Assembly (NCBI GenBank): GCA_965116925.1
Contig: OZ220744.1
Span: 4,800,001-4,864,000, forward strand
Direction: 5' to 3'
DNA from: Candidatus Poribacteria bacterium
GTDB taxonomy: Bacteria > Poribacteria > WGA-4E > PCPOR2b
DNA length: 64,000 nucleotides
Made by a program: the position numbers and the translations under genes. Every line of letters starts with the position of its first letter. Position 1 is the first letter of the stretch. Positions 7,941 through 17,731 of the stretch are shown here, piece by piece. Under the pieces are notes generated by a model. The model had not been told where the DNA came from. It ran no database searches and saw only the letters and a program-made list of their open reading frames with translations.

Positions 7941-9463
7941 ATATAGGACCATTCAAGGGTGATACTATCACCATGTTAAAAACCAGTCTGTTCTTCGTTG
8001 CGATTGCCCTGATAGCCCTCCTCTTGGCGGATCTTGAAATCTCCACGCTACACCCTTGGACAGAACTGAGTCGAATGGCTTGGGGCGCAGTCGCCCCGGA
8101 TGTTCCTTCTCTCTGGAATTTGAAACTTGCGCTGCTCAACACAGTGGTTTTTGCCTTCTGTGGTATTTTTCTTGCTGTTGTATTGGGCATCGGACTGGCT
8201 TTTGCCTTCCGCTTTACCCCTGTCAGGTTGTTCTGCGCTTTTATCCGCGCCATCCATGAGATTTTCTGGGCGTTCATCTTCCTCCCTATTGTTGGACTTA
8301 ACCCAACCTGCGGTGTACTCGCCATCGCAATTCCTTATGCTGGTATCTTTGCAAAGGTATACGCAGAGATTATCCAAGAGTCGGATCGACATCCGCTGGA
8401 AGGTGTTCCCAGAGCGTCTGGGGATTTGAGCCGCTTTGTCTACGGCATCCTTCCCGTCATCTATGCTGACACCAAACACTATACCGGTTACCGTTTCGAG
8501 TGCGCCCTACGTTCCAGTGCGATTCTCGGATTCATCGGACTGCCGACGCTTGGATTCCACCTTGAGACCGCGTTTCGTGAAGGCATATACTCGGAGGCTT
8601 GGGCACTGCTCTATGCGTTCTATATCTTGATTGCCTCCCTCAAGTACTGGCTCAAGCCGCGTCTTGTTGCACTTTATGTTGTGACGTCGTTTGTGTTGCT
8701 GTCAAGGACAATCACGGTGTCGTGGGACAACATCGTTCGCTTTTTCACCTACGATCTCCTCCCGTGGCCCATGCGCCGGGAGGGCGTCCTCGACGGTACG
8801 CGCGAGATCTCGTTTGCGTGGGAACCTATCGTAAGTTGGGTAAACGAGATTTTTATCCAAGAGGCGTGGGAAGGGATATGGAACACAGTGGTGCTGACGC
8901 AGGTTGTGTTGGTCGGGACAGGTATATTTGCGCTGCTCAGTTTTCCCTTTGCCTGCCGGCACTTCTCAGGAAAGATTAGTAGCCGGATTTCGCACTATGG
9001 ATTGATTGTTATCCGCACCACACCGGAGTATATCCTCGCGTATATCCTTGTACAACTCTGGGGTCCGTCTATGCTCCCCGCTGTCTGGGCGATCCTCCTG
9101 CATAACGGAGCGATTCTTGGTTTCCTGTGCAGCAACAACGCCGACTTGGTGCAGCTGCGGATAGATGCGCCTGGGAGACGGATAGATCGGTATCTGTTTG
9201 AAATCTTGCCGCGCGTATACGGACAATTCCTCGCGTTCCTGTTTTATCGCTGGGAGGTGATGATGCGAGAGTCGGCGATCCTCGGCATCCTCGGTATCTA
9301 CACGCTGGGGTTCTACATTGACAGTGCAATTTCCGATGATCAGATCGATAAGGCAGTTTTGCTTATTCTGATCACAGTTCTACTCAATATGGGCATCGAC
9401 TCCGTATCACAGTTTGTACGGCGTCGCCTCAAAATCTCTACGAAATTGGTGACATCTGTATGA
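7937..9463 (+). CDS. PhnE/PtxC-family ABC permease, two fused domains
   Basis: YRFECALRSSAILG and YRWEVMMRESAILG; many TM helices; 4-bp overlap with ATPase. Confidence 0.9.
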   Translation: MNIGPFKGDTITMLKTSLFFVAIALIALLLADLEISTLHPWTELSRMAWGAVAPDVPSLWNLKLALLNTVVFAFCGIFLAVVLGIGLAFAFRFTPVRLFCAFIRAIHEIFWAFIFLPIVGLNPTCGVLAIAIPYAGIFAKVYAEIIQESDRHPLEGVPRASGDLSRFVYGILPVIYADTKHYTGYRFECALRSSAILGFIGLPTLGFHLETAFREGIYSEAWALLYAFYILIASLKYWLKPRLVALYVVTSFVLLSRTITVSWDNIVRFFTYDLLPWPMRREGVLDGTREISFAWEPIVSWVNEIFIQEAWEGIWNTVVLTQVVLVGTGIFALLSFPFACRHFSGKISSRISHYGLIVIRTTPEYILAYILVQLWGPSMLPAVWAILLHNGAILGFLCSNNADLVQLRIDAPGRRIDRYLFEILPRVYGQFLAFLFYRWEVMMRESAILGILGIYTLGFYIDSAISDDQIDKAVLLILITVLLNMGIDSVSQFVRRRLKISTKLVTSV

Positions 9464-9598
9464 CAAGGTAATGCTCGTTTGTGACTGTTGGTAACGTGAT
9501 GCGTGAAACGTGGAAATGATTTGTTCATTTGTTCATTAGTTCATTGATACAGTCGGGCTAGAAAGAACGTCCTGAAAAGTAAAGTGCAAAATGCAGAG

Positions 9599-9632
9599 AG
9601 AAACCGAGTTTTCAAAAAAAAACTCGGTTTCT
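9599..9632. repeat. AGAAACCGAGTTTT hairpin (family A cargo)
   Basis: Fourth copy, preceded by AAAGTGCAAA as in the others. Confidence 0.85.
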
Positions 9633-9648
9633 AATGAAAGGAAAACGG

Positions 9649-11124
9649 ATGGAAAATCGAGAATACCTCCTCAACGACGAAGAGATGCGCCGTTTCATCA
9701 TTGATGGCTATATCAAGATACAGACCGACTTCCCCACCAACTTCCACCAAACAATTTTTCAGCAGATCGAAGATATGTTCGAGAATCAGGGGAATCTGGG
9801 GAACAACCTGCTACCCCTCATCCCTGAGATTCAGCAGGTCTTTTCGCATCCGGCGGTTCACGGTGCTTTGACCAGCGCGCTTGGCGAGAATTATGTCATG
9901 CACTCGCACCGCTATTGCCACTTTAATCCGCCGGGGAGTAGCGGACAAAACTTTCATAAAGACTCCTACGAGGGGGACGAGCAGATACGGCGGCACCGAT
10001 GCCGCTGGATGATGGGGTTTTACTATCCCCAAGATACCACCGAAGAGATGGGACCGACAGCAATTCTCCCCGCAACGCAATACTATGAGACGCACGAAAG
10101 CGCACACGCTCAACCGGAATTGGCTCTCTGTGGTGAAGCCGGTACGGTGACGCTGGTGCACTATGATCTCTGGCATCGGGCAATGCCGAATCAGAGCGAC
10201 AAAAAGCGTCACATGCTGAAATTCCTCTTCACCCGATTGGACGAACCGAAGGCACCTTCTTGGAACAGCGCGGATTCAACGTGGGGTTCGTCTGACGGCG
10301 AAGCGTCGTCAGAGGGGCATGAGGTTATGTGGCAAAGCCTCTGGAATTGGTTCTATGGGAAGCAGAATGGCACAACAGAAGATATGGGGGTGGCTGAAAA
10401 TGATCTCCCCGTATTGATTGCAGCTCTAGGGGATAAGGATGAGGTTGTTCGTCTCAACGCGGCGTATGGGTTGGGGACGATAGGCGCACCGGCAGTACCG
10501 GCGTTGATTGAAACATGGCAGAAGGCATCGGAGGATCCAGAGAATGAGAGTTCCCAACACGCGGACTTTGCGCTGAGTGGGATCGGCGGGTGGTCGTCTC
10601 CACAATTATCATGGCTGCAAACTCACGCGACTTATGCGTTGAGCGCAATCGGAGGACCGGCGGTGCCTGCATTGATAAACGCACTACAGGATAAAAATGA
10701 GTCAATTCGTGCGAGTGCGGCTTATGCCCTCGGCGATATTGGGGATGCCGCTCGGGCTGCAGTCCCTGCGCTCACTCAGGCTTTGCGGGATGAATCGACG
10801 TGGGTGCGTCGTCATGCGACGGAAGCGTTGGGACTCATCGGTCAACCCGCTCAGAACACGGTTCCTGCGCTGATCGACCTGCTGTATGATGAGCATTACT
10901 GGATTCGCGATAACGCAGCGCGGGCGTTAGCTCGGCTCGGTCCCGCTGCTGAGGAGGCAGTGCCCGCGTTGATGGATACACTGAACGATGAGAACCGGTA
11001 TGTACGTTTCCATGCAACATTTGCGTTGAAACAGATCGGCACACCTGAAGCGACAAACCTTTTGTTTGATCACCTCCTGAGCTCTCGGTGGTGTCCGCTG
11101 ACAACATCACATAGCGCATTTTAG
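9649..11124 (+). CDS. PhyH-family Fe(II)/2OG dioxygenase fused to HEAT (PBS-lyase-like) repeats
   Basis: HKD...WHR triad; repeated AVPALI.AL.D....R..AA.ALG.IG. Confidence 0.9.
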   Translation: MENREYLLNDEEMRRFIIDGYIKIQTDFPTNFHQTIFQQIEDMFENQGNLGNNLLPLIPEIQQVFSHPAVHGALTSALGENYVMHSHRYCHFNPPGSSGQNFHKDSYEGDEQIRRHRCRWMMGFYYPQDTTEEMGPTAILPATQYYETHESAHAQPELALCGEAGTVTLVHYDLWHRAMPNQSDKKRHMLKFLFTRLDEPKAPSWNSADSTWGSSDGEASSEGHEVMWQSLWNWFYGKQNGTTEDMGVAENDLPVLIAALGDKDEVVRLNAAYGLGTIGAPAVPALIETWQKASEDPENESSQHADFALSGIGGWSSPQLSWLQTHATYALSAIGGPAVPALINALQDKNESIRASAAYALGDIGDAARAAVPALTQALRDESTWVRRHATEALGLIGQPAQNTVPALIDLLYDEHYWIRDNAARALARLGPAAEEAVPALMDTLNDENRYVRFHATFALKQIGTPEATNLLFDHLLSSRWCPLTTSHSAF

Positions 11125-11151
11125 CTCGATCTGCCTTACAATAGGCTTACT

Positions 11152-11976
11152 ATGACAAACCACCTACGTCCGGATCCATTCTGGACATTTGAACACACCG
11201 CTTGGGAGAGGAGCGCGAGGGCGTATCACAATTTTTGGACGCACCTCACCAGTCAAACTATTGAACCACTTTTATCCGCTGTCCAGAGCGGCGATGCAAT
11301 AAGCATCCTTGATGTCGCAACCGGCGCGGGCAACGTCGCGCAAGCAGGTATAAGAAAAGGGATGCGGGTTGTTGGGATCGATTTCTCAACGGCAATGCTC
11401 ACCCAAGCACGAAAACAGCCTCCAGAGGTTGACTTCTGTGAAGGCGATGCAGCGGCGTTGCCCTTCACTGATAACAGTTTTGATGCGGTTGTCATCAATT
11501 TCGGATTATTACACTTCGGCAACCCTGAGCAAGCGTTGAGGGAAGCGTATCGCGTCCTCCGCTCCGGTGGGCGGATCGGTTTCACGGTTTGGGCGACTCC
11601 CGAAGCCGCGATCGGATTTCAGATAATGCTTCAGGCGATCGAGACCCACGGCGACCCTAACGTTCCACTGCCTGAAGGTCCACCCTTCTTCCGTTTTAGC
11701 GATCCCGCCGAAAGTGAACGAACCCTACGGGCAATCGGCTTTACCAATCTCTCTATTACAGAGATTCAGCAGACATGGCAGCTTTCCTCGCCCGATGATC
11801 TCTTTGTCGCATTCTATGAAGGGACAGCGCGCACCGGCGGATTGCTTCGCGCCCAATCTAGGGTGGCACTAGACAACATTCGCGCAGCTGTTATTAAGGC
11901 AGCCTCCCCTTACAAAAAGGACGGGAGTGTGGAGATCCCGATGCCTGCAATTCTCACCTCAGCGCAAAAACCGTAA
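11152..11976 (+). CDS. Class I SAM-dependent methyltransferase
   Basis: ILDVATGAG, GDAAALPF.DNSFD, RVLRSGG. Confidence 0.92.
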   Translation: MTNHLRPDPFWTFEHTAWERSARAYHNFWTHLTSQTIEPLLSAVQSGDAISILDVATGAGNVAQAGIRKGMRVVGIDFSTAMLTQARKQPPEVDFCEGDAAALPFTDNSFDAVVINFGLLHFGNPEQALREAYRVLRSGGRIGFTVWATPEAAIGFQIMLQAIETHGDPNVPLPEGPPFFRFSDPAESERTLRAIGFTNLSITEIQQTWQLSSPDDLFVAFYEGTARTGGLLRAQSRVALDNIRAAVIKAASPYKKDGSVEIPMPAILTSAQKP

Positions 11977-11987
11977 TGCCGAGTGTC

Positions 11988-13070
11988 TCAATCAAACATC
12001 AAGACGCTACGCGCCACCTCTCCTCTCCCCAACGCCTCAAACGCTTCGTTGACTCCCTCCAACGGATACTGCCGCGTCACCAGCTCATCCAGATTTAACT
12101 TTCCTGCCTTGTAGAGACGAATCAGACGCGCAAAGTCCACATGGGGACGTGCAGAGCCGTAATAGGAGCCGATAACTGTCTTCTCGTGCATCAACATCCG
12201 GGCGTCCAACGCCACAGGCGTGCCTTCGGGGGCATGACCGACGAAAACAGTGATGCCGCGTCTGCGGGTGCATTGGATAGCTTGGAGGAACGGCTCACCT
12301 GTTATCCCAATCGCTTCAAACGCATAGTGGACACCAGGACCACCGCTGAGTTCCTGAATCCGAGCGACGGTGTCCTCCTGAGAAGCGTTGACGGTATGGG
12401 TCGCGCCAAAGCGCTTTGCCATCTCCAACTTGTTGTCTCGGACATCTACCGCGATAATCGGTTCGGCACCTGCTATCGCTGCGCCCTGAATACAATTGAG
12501 CCCCACGCCGCCACAACCGAAGACCGCCACAGAGCTCCCTTGTTGCACCTGAGCGGTATTGATCGCTGCGCCCACCCCCGTCATAACGCCACATCCAATC
12601 AGCGCTGCCTGCGCGAAGGGCATATCTTTATCTATGGGAACAACCGCATCTTGAGGTATCAGCGCGTGTGTGCCAAAGGTCCCCAAACCTGCCATCTTTT
12701 CCATCGTTCTCTGTTCGCCGGGAAATCGGGGGAGTGTGGAGGTATCGGGCGGGAGCTCACACAAGGTAGGAAACCCTTTCTGACACATCTCGCAATAACC
12801 ACAACTCCGCTTCCACGATAGGATAACGTGGTCGCCCTCACGAACTCCAGTGACTTGACTCCCCACCTCTTCAACAACACCCGCCCCTTCGTGACCTAGG
12901 ATAGTCGGGATTGGAATGTGGGGCCAATCGCCCTTGACGACGTGCCAATCGGAATGGCAGACACCGCTGGCGACGATTCGTACCCGCACCTGATTGGGTC
13001 CTGTATCTGGCAGATCAAATTCTTCGATTTTTAGTGGTGTATTGATTTCATATAACACAGCAGCTTTCAT
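11988..13070 (-). CDS. Zn-dependent alcohol dehydrogenase
   Basis: GVCHSD, GHEGAG, CGYCEMC, GCGGVG; start set at MKAAVL after AGGAGG. Confidence 0.93.
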   Translation of the reverse strand: MKAAVLYEINTPLKIEEFDLPDTGPNQVRVRIVASGVCHSDWHVVKGDWPHIPIPTILGHEGAGVVEEVGSQVTGVREGDHVILSWKRSCGYCEMCQKGFPTLCELPPDTSTLPRFPGEQRTMEKMAGLGTFGTHALIPQDAVVPIDKDMPFAQAALIGCGVMTGVGAAINTAQVQQGSSVAVFGCGGVGLNCIQGAAIAGAEPIIAVDVRDNKLEMAKRFGATHTVNASQEDTVARIQELSGGPGVHYAFEAIGITGEPFLQAIQCTRRRGITVFVGHAPEGTPVALDARMLMHEKTVIGSYYGSARPHVDFARLIRLYKAGKLNLDELVTRQYPLEGVNEAFEALGRGEVARSVLMFD

Positions 13071-13297
13071 GAGATTTGCCCTCCTTCGGGTCGCCTCCAA
13101 GACGGAGCATTATTGCCCAAATTTTAACGTTTAGATTTATATTATGACGAAACCGAAACAAGGTCAAGAGAGAAATGTACAGTTCCCGTGTAGACACCTT
13201 TTTTCATTGCGGAATTGTCCGAACTTTGCTATGATACCGGACAGTGTAAAACCCAACCTTGCGACAGCATAAAATCTCCGCAAAGGGGGATACTCAC

Positions 13298-14119
13298 TTG
13301 AATCAAACGCCGATTCAAAATGGAACGCCTTTCAGCAAAGAACGAACCCACGAAATTATCCGTGAATTTAAGCGGGATGGGTTTGTGTTGATTCCGAACG
13401 TACTTGAAGAAGACGAAACGAGAGCGCTTCGCGATAAAACCGACGAACTTTTCGATGACCCCAAAACAGTTGAAAACGGTTATCTGCGCGAAAACCACTT
13501 CATTGTCTGGCAGCCCAATGAATTGGACAGAATCTTCTGTGATCTGCTGATTCGTGAGCCAATTTTCAGTCTGATGGAGGCGATTTTTGGCAAGGGTTTC
13601 CAACACTGCGGCAACCAAGTGTTGCGTAATGACCACACCCAAGCGATCGACCACTGGCATGTGGATGATTCTCTATTCTACCCGTTGCCCGATGACGTTC
13701 CGCATCACGACCCGCGCATCGATATGCCGATCATGTGGTTGACGGTACAGATTGCGCTTACCGATATCGACTCGATTGAGCGTGGTCCCTCACAATACGT
13801 CCCCGGTAGCCACTATTCTGGCAGAAATCCACCAAAAACAGACACCCCAACATTTGAAGGGCGGGGTCCCGTTTCCGTGCTTTGCAAAGCGGGTGACATC
13901 TACCTACACAATCCCCAATGTTGGCACCGTGGGACTCCCAACAGGTCGGGTCAAGTTCGCTATCTGCTCCAGCAGCAATACGCTAGGCGTTGGCCCTTTC
14001 CGCGTTATAATGCTTACATCAACTACAAGATGCCGGAACATATCCTCGAAGGTGCGAATGACCGTCTGCTTCAGGTGCTCGGCGACTACCGATTCCACCC
14101 TGGAGAACGCTACCAATAG
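13298..14119 (+). CDS. PhyH-family dioxygenase
   Basis: WHVD, YVPGSH, WHRG; TTG start after AGGGGG. Confidence 0.88.
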   Translation: MNQTPIQNGTPFSKERTHEIIREFKRDGFVLIPNVLEEDETRALRDKTDELFDDPKTVENGYLRENHFIVWQPNELDRIFCDLLIREPIFSLMEAIFGKGFQHCGNQVLRNDHTQAIDHWHVDDSLFYPLPDDVPHHDPRIDMPIMWLTVQIALTDIDSIERGPSQYVPGSHYSGRNPPKTDTPTFEGRGPVSVLCKAGDIYLHNPQCWHRGTPNRSGQVRYLLQQQYARRWPFPRYNAYINYKMPEHILEGANDRLLQVLGDYRFHPGERYQ

Positions 14120-14158
14120 GATGGGCAGATAGGTATTCAAATTTGAAAGGAGATCGAT

Positions 14159-14986
14159 ATGCAAAAAGCCTCTACCGTTTCCCCACGAAGTCGATTTGAA
14201 CAAATTGAAACGCCGTCACTGAATACTGAAAAACCGACCGAAGATCAGGTTTCGCAGTGGGAGGCGCGACTGATTGACGTGGGATACGTCATCATTCCCA
14301 ACGCCTTGCCTCCAGCAGCGTTTGAGCATTTTCGGGAACGCATCGCCGGGTTTGAACCCTCCGTCGGCTACGGTTCAAACTCACTGGTGCGACTGTTTGA
14401 AAAAGGGATGGATTTTGTAGATCTGCTGCTGAACGAGCCTATCTATACCTTGATGGAACGCATCCTCGGTGAACGGATGCACATCATCGGGTTACAGGGG
14501 CACCGGATGTTCACAGGGAATGAGGTGTCGAGATTCCATTCCGACGAAATTTACTTGCAGCGTCCGGCAGATGTCAGTGACGATGTAGAATATCCACCCA
14601 TCATCAATACAATCAATTGCCACTATTACGTTGTGGATGTTCCGATGGAATTGGGGCCCACAGAGGTAGTTCCCGGCAGTCATCGTGCTTGTCGGCAGCC
14701 GGCGCCGGAAGACGGCGATCCACCGCATTGGCGGGGTAACGGACCTGTATCCCTTACCTGTCACGCCGGGGATTGTATCATGTATAGTAACCAGATGTGG
14801 CATCGTGGGGCACCGAATCGGACAGATCGTACCCGGCTATCGGTCGTTCCGAGCTACGCCCGTCGGTTTGTCGCACAGCGATTTTGGCCCTTTCTCAATT
14901 ACAGCCTGTCCCGCGATATTCTCGACCAATGCAATCCTCGCCAGCGGGAACTACTCGGCGAACATCCGCGTGGGGCGTATGGATAG
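14159..14986 (+). CDS. PhyH-family dioxygenase
   Basis: FHSD, VVPGSH, WHRGAPN. Confidence 0.9.
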   Translation: MQKASTVSPRSRFEQIETPSLNTEKPTEDQVSQWEARLIDVGYVIIPNALPPAAFEHFRERIAGFEPSVGYGSNSLVRLFEKGMDFVDLLLNEPIYTLMERILGERMHIIGLQGHRMFTGNEVSRFHSDEIYLQRPADVSDDVEYPPIINTINCHYYVVDVPMELGPTEVVPGSHRACRQPAPEDGDPPHWRGNGPVSLTCHAGDCIMYSNQMWHRGAPNRTDRTRLSVVPSYARRFVAQRFWPFLNYSLSRDILDQCNPRQRELLGEHPRGAYG

Positions 14987-15004
14987 CAAAACCTGTGATT
15001 GCTT

Positions 15005-15032
15005 GTAGGGAACGCAGATCTGCGTTCCGTAC
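15005..15032. repeat. 28-bp GTAG REP palindrome, copy 2 (one mismatch)
   Basis: GTAGGGAACGCAGATCTGCGTTCCGTAC. Confidence 0.92.
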
Positions 15033-15050
15033 GAAAGGAGTGAACGCATA

Positions 15051-16571
15051 GTGACCAACGAAATCGAAAAGACCGAACAACTCATCCAAGGGGCACAGGA
15101 GCTGAGAGAGAAGTTTCAGAAAGACCCCCATCGACCAGCGTATCATTTTACCCCGCCGTGGGCTTGGATGAACGACATCAATGGACCCCTCTTTTGGAAC
15201 GGTAGATACCATATTTTTTATCAACACAACCCGGACGGTGCCTATTGGAAATGGATTCAGTGGGGACACGCATCGAGTCCAGACCTTGTGCATTGGACAC
15301 ACCACCCGATTGCACTGACGCCGACGTTGGGCGGTCCTGACCGGGACGGCTGCTTCAGTGGCGGCGCGGTGATCAATGATGGCGTTCCCACGTTGATTTA
15401 TCACGGTGTTCCCGAAGGAACATGTATCGCCACCAGCGAGGATCCAGATTTAATCGAATGGACCAAACACCCTGCGAATCCCGTTATACCGGTCCCACAA
15501 CCGGGCGATCCAGACTACGGGAAATACCGCGTCTATGATCCGTGTGCGTGGAAGCACGGCGACTTTTGGTATGCGTTGTGTGGCAGTCGTGACCCGGCGG
15601 GAGGCGATACCGCTTATCTGTTCAAGTCTCCCGATATGGTTCATTGGGAGTATCTGCACCCATTTTACAAATCAAATCGGCGTTGGACTGAGGCGGATGA
15701 GGACTGTGCTGTTCCGAATTTCTTTCCGATAGGGGATAAACACATGTTGCTGTTTTGCAGCCATTTGCAGGGAACCCAATACTATATCGGTCGATACGAG
15801 GACGACTATCTTTATCCGGAGCAATACGCGCGCATGAGTTGGCCCGGCGGGCACCTCGGAGGTGGAATCACCGTGTTGGATGGGAATGGACGTCGTATCT
15901 TCTTCGACTGGATCCGCGAGGCAAGAACACAAGAAGCTGAACGTGCCTCCGGTTGGTCTGGCGTGATGACCGTGCCACGGATCTTGTTACTAGCCGAAGA
16001 TAGCAGCTTGGTGATTGAACCTGCTCCCGAACTAGAGGTGCTGCGGCAGAATCACCGGCATTGCGGGAGTATTCATCTGACCGCCGATTCGGAACTGGAA
16101 CTTGATGATGTCCGAGGAGATTGTCTGGAGCTGGCTGTGGAGGTTGATGTAGCAGAGGCGAGTGAGTTTGGCGTGAAGATTCGTTGCTCACCGGAGGGGG
16201 AAGAACAGACCGCCATTGTGTGTAATCCGAGCGCAAAGACATTGGGCGTAAACATTAACAAGTCGAGTCTTGATAAAAGCATAAGATACATCTTTTACCG
16301 CAATGAAAGCGCAACCCAGCGGGTGCCTGAAAACAAGAGAATCGTGATTGCCCAAGAAGCACCGTTTGAGCTGCCCCCCGGAGAATCGCTCAAGTTACGG
16401 ATTTTTCTAGACCGTTCGGTGCTGGAGGTGTTCGCCAATGGACGCCAATGCGTGACCCAACGAATCTATCCAACCCGAAGCGATAGTCTAGGTGTGACCC
16501 TATTCAGCCGTGGTGGGAGTGTAGACGTGAAATCCGTTGATGTGTGGGATATGGCTCCAGCAAACGTATAA
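15051..16571 (+). CDS. Glycoside hydrolase family 32 protein with atypical catalytic motifs
   Basis: WMNDING, YHIFYQHNP, WGHASS.DLVHW, FSG, DRSVLEVF. Confidence 0.88.
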   Translation: MTNEIEKTEQLIQGAQELREKFQKDPHRPAYHFTPPWAWMNDINGPLFWNGRYHIFYQHNPDGAYWKWIQWGHASSPDLVHWTHHPIALTPTLGGPDRDGCFSGGAVINDGVPTLIYHGVPEGTCIATSEDPDLIEWTKHPANPVIPVPQPGDPDYGKYRVYDPCAWKHGDFWYALCGSRDPAGGDTAYLFKSPDMVHWEYLHPFYKSNRRWTEADEDCAVPNFFPIGDKHMLLFCSHLQGTQYYIGRYEDDYLYPEQYARMSWPGGHLGGGITVLDGNGRRIFFDWIREARTQEAERASGWSGVMTVPRILLLAEDSSLVIEPAPELEVLRQNHRHCGSIHLTADSELELDDVRGDCLELAVEVDVAEASEFGVKIRCSPEGEEQTAIVCNPSAKTLGVNINKSSLDKSIRYIFYRNESATQRVPENKRIVIAQEAPFELPPGESLKLRIFLDRSVLEVFANGRQCVTQRIYPTRSDSLGVTLFSRGGSVDVKSVDVWDMAPANV

Positions 16572-16582
16572 GATAAAAATCA

Positions 16583-16684
16583 GGCTCATGCAAGGAGAAA
16601 GTGCAAAATACTAAGCGCGTGAAACGTGATGCGTGACACGTGAAAATCATTGGTTTATTGGCGTACAATTCCTTAACATAAGCC
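16583..16684. mobile_element. MITE family A ends enclosing heptamer-repeat cargo
   Basis: GGCTCATGCAAGGAGAAAGTGCAAA ... CCTTAACATAAGCC; imperfect duplication AAAAATCA / AGCAATCA. Confidence 0.75.
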
Positions 16685-16728
16685 AGCAATCAGACCTCTG
16701 TGAGGTAGGATGAGGAGAAGATAGAAAT

Positions 16729-17718
16729 ATGGAAAAACGAACGCTTGGTCGCACGGGACTTGAAGTCAGTGTGTTAGGAATGGGGGGGCTATACGTCTCT
16801 CGCGCGGGTGATCTTGGACGTGATGAGGGATGCCGTGCTGCCCGTCGTGCGCTTGAACTCGGCGTAAATTATGTGGATACAGCACCTAGCTATCGTGACA
16901 GCGAAGAGGTTTTGGGCATCGCACTTGAGGGGGTGCCGCAGCCGTACTTTCTCGCAACGAAACTTGGCGGACGTCCGCAGCCGTTCAATCCGCAAGATAA
17001 GGATATCTTGCGGCGATCGGTCGATGAAAGCCTCCGATTACTCAAACGCGACTATATTGATGTCCTGTTGGTGCATGAACCTGACCGTCCCGGTCAGTAC
17101 GATTGGTGGACAGACTACGACAACTTCCACGGACCCGTCTGTGATCTGCTGGAAGAACTGAAAGCGGAGAAAATTATCCGATTCACCGGACTCGGCGGCA
17201 CGACCGCTTATCAGCTTCCACTCATTATGGCAACGGGAAATTTCGATGTCGTTCTGACAGCGTTCAACTACAGCCTACTCTGGCGGGAAGCGACCATCTC
17301 GATCTTCCCTGAAGCCCAACGACGGGATATGGGGGTTGTCGTCGGTTCGCCACTGCAACAGGGTGCCCTATCCCGACGTTACCCCGAAATAGAGACAGGC
17401 GCACCGTGGTTAAGCCCGCCACGACAGAAACAGTATCAGCGGTTATACGGGTTTCTGGATGAAATTGAGATGACGCTGCCGGAGGCTGCCCTCCGCCTGA
17501 TGGTGGCAACACCTGAAATCTCGACGGTCTTGATGGGGGCACGATCGGTGGAGGAGGTTGAACAGAATGTGTGTGCGGTTGAAGCGGGCCCGCTGCCATC
17601 GGATGTCCTCGCCGAGCTGCAGGAGATTGCGGATATGGTGCCGTTCCGCCCCAATGAAGAGCCTTTTGGTCTACCGTTTGGACGACCATACAGGTGGCCA
17701 GGTCAAGCTGGCAGATAA
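16729..17718 (+). CDS. Aldo/keto reductase
   Basis: LGRTGLEVSVLG, DTAPSY, ATK, SLRLL..DYID....H. Confidence 0.92.
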   Translation: MEKRTLGRTGLEVSVLGMGGLYVSRAGDLGRDEGCRAARRALELGVNYVDTAPSYRDSEEVLGIALEGVPQPYFLATKLGGRPQPFNPQDKDILRRSVDESLRLLKRDYIDVLLVHEPDRPGQYDWWTDYDNFHGPVCDLLEELKAEKIIRFTGLGGTTAYQLPLIMATGNFDVVLTAFNYSLLWREATISIFPEAQRRDMGVVVGSPLQQGALSRRYPEIETGAPWLSPPRQKQYQRLYGFLDEIEMTLPEAALRLMVATPEISTVLMGARSVEEVEQNVCAVEAGPLPSDVLAELQEIADMVPFRPNEEPFGLPFGRPYRWPGQAGR

Positions 17719-17731
17719 AGAGGAGAGCTCA

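Noticed and set aside
4180..9463. Phosphite oxidation (ptx) or C-P lyase locus
   Set aside because: No ptxD or phnG-M adjacent; the D-2-hydroxyacid dehydrogenase is 18 kb away
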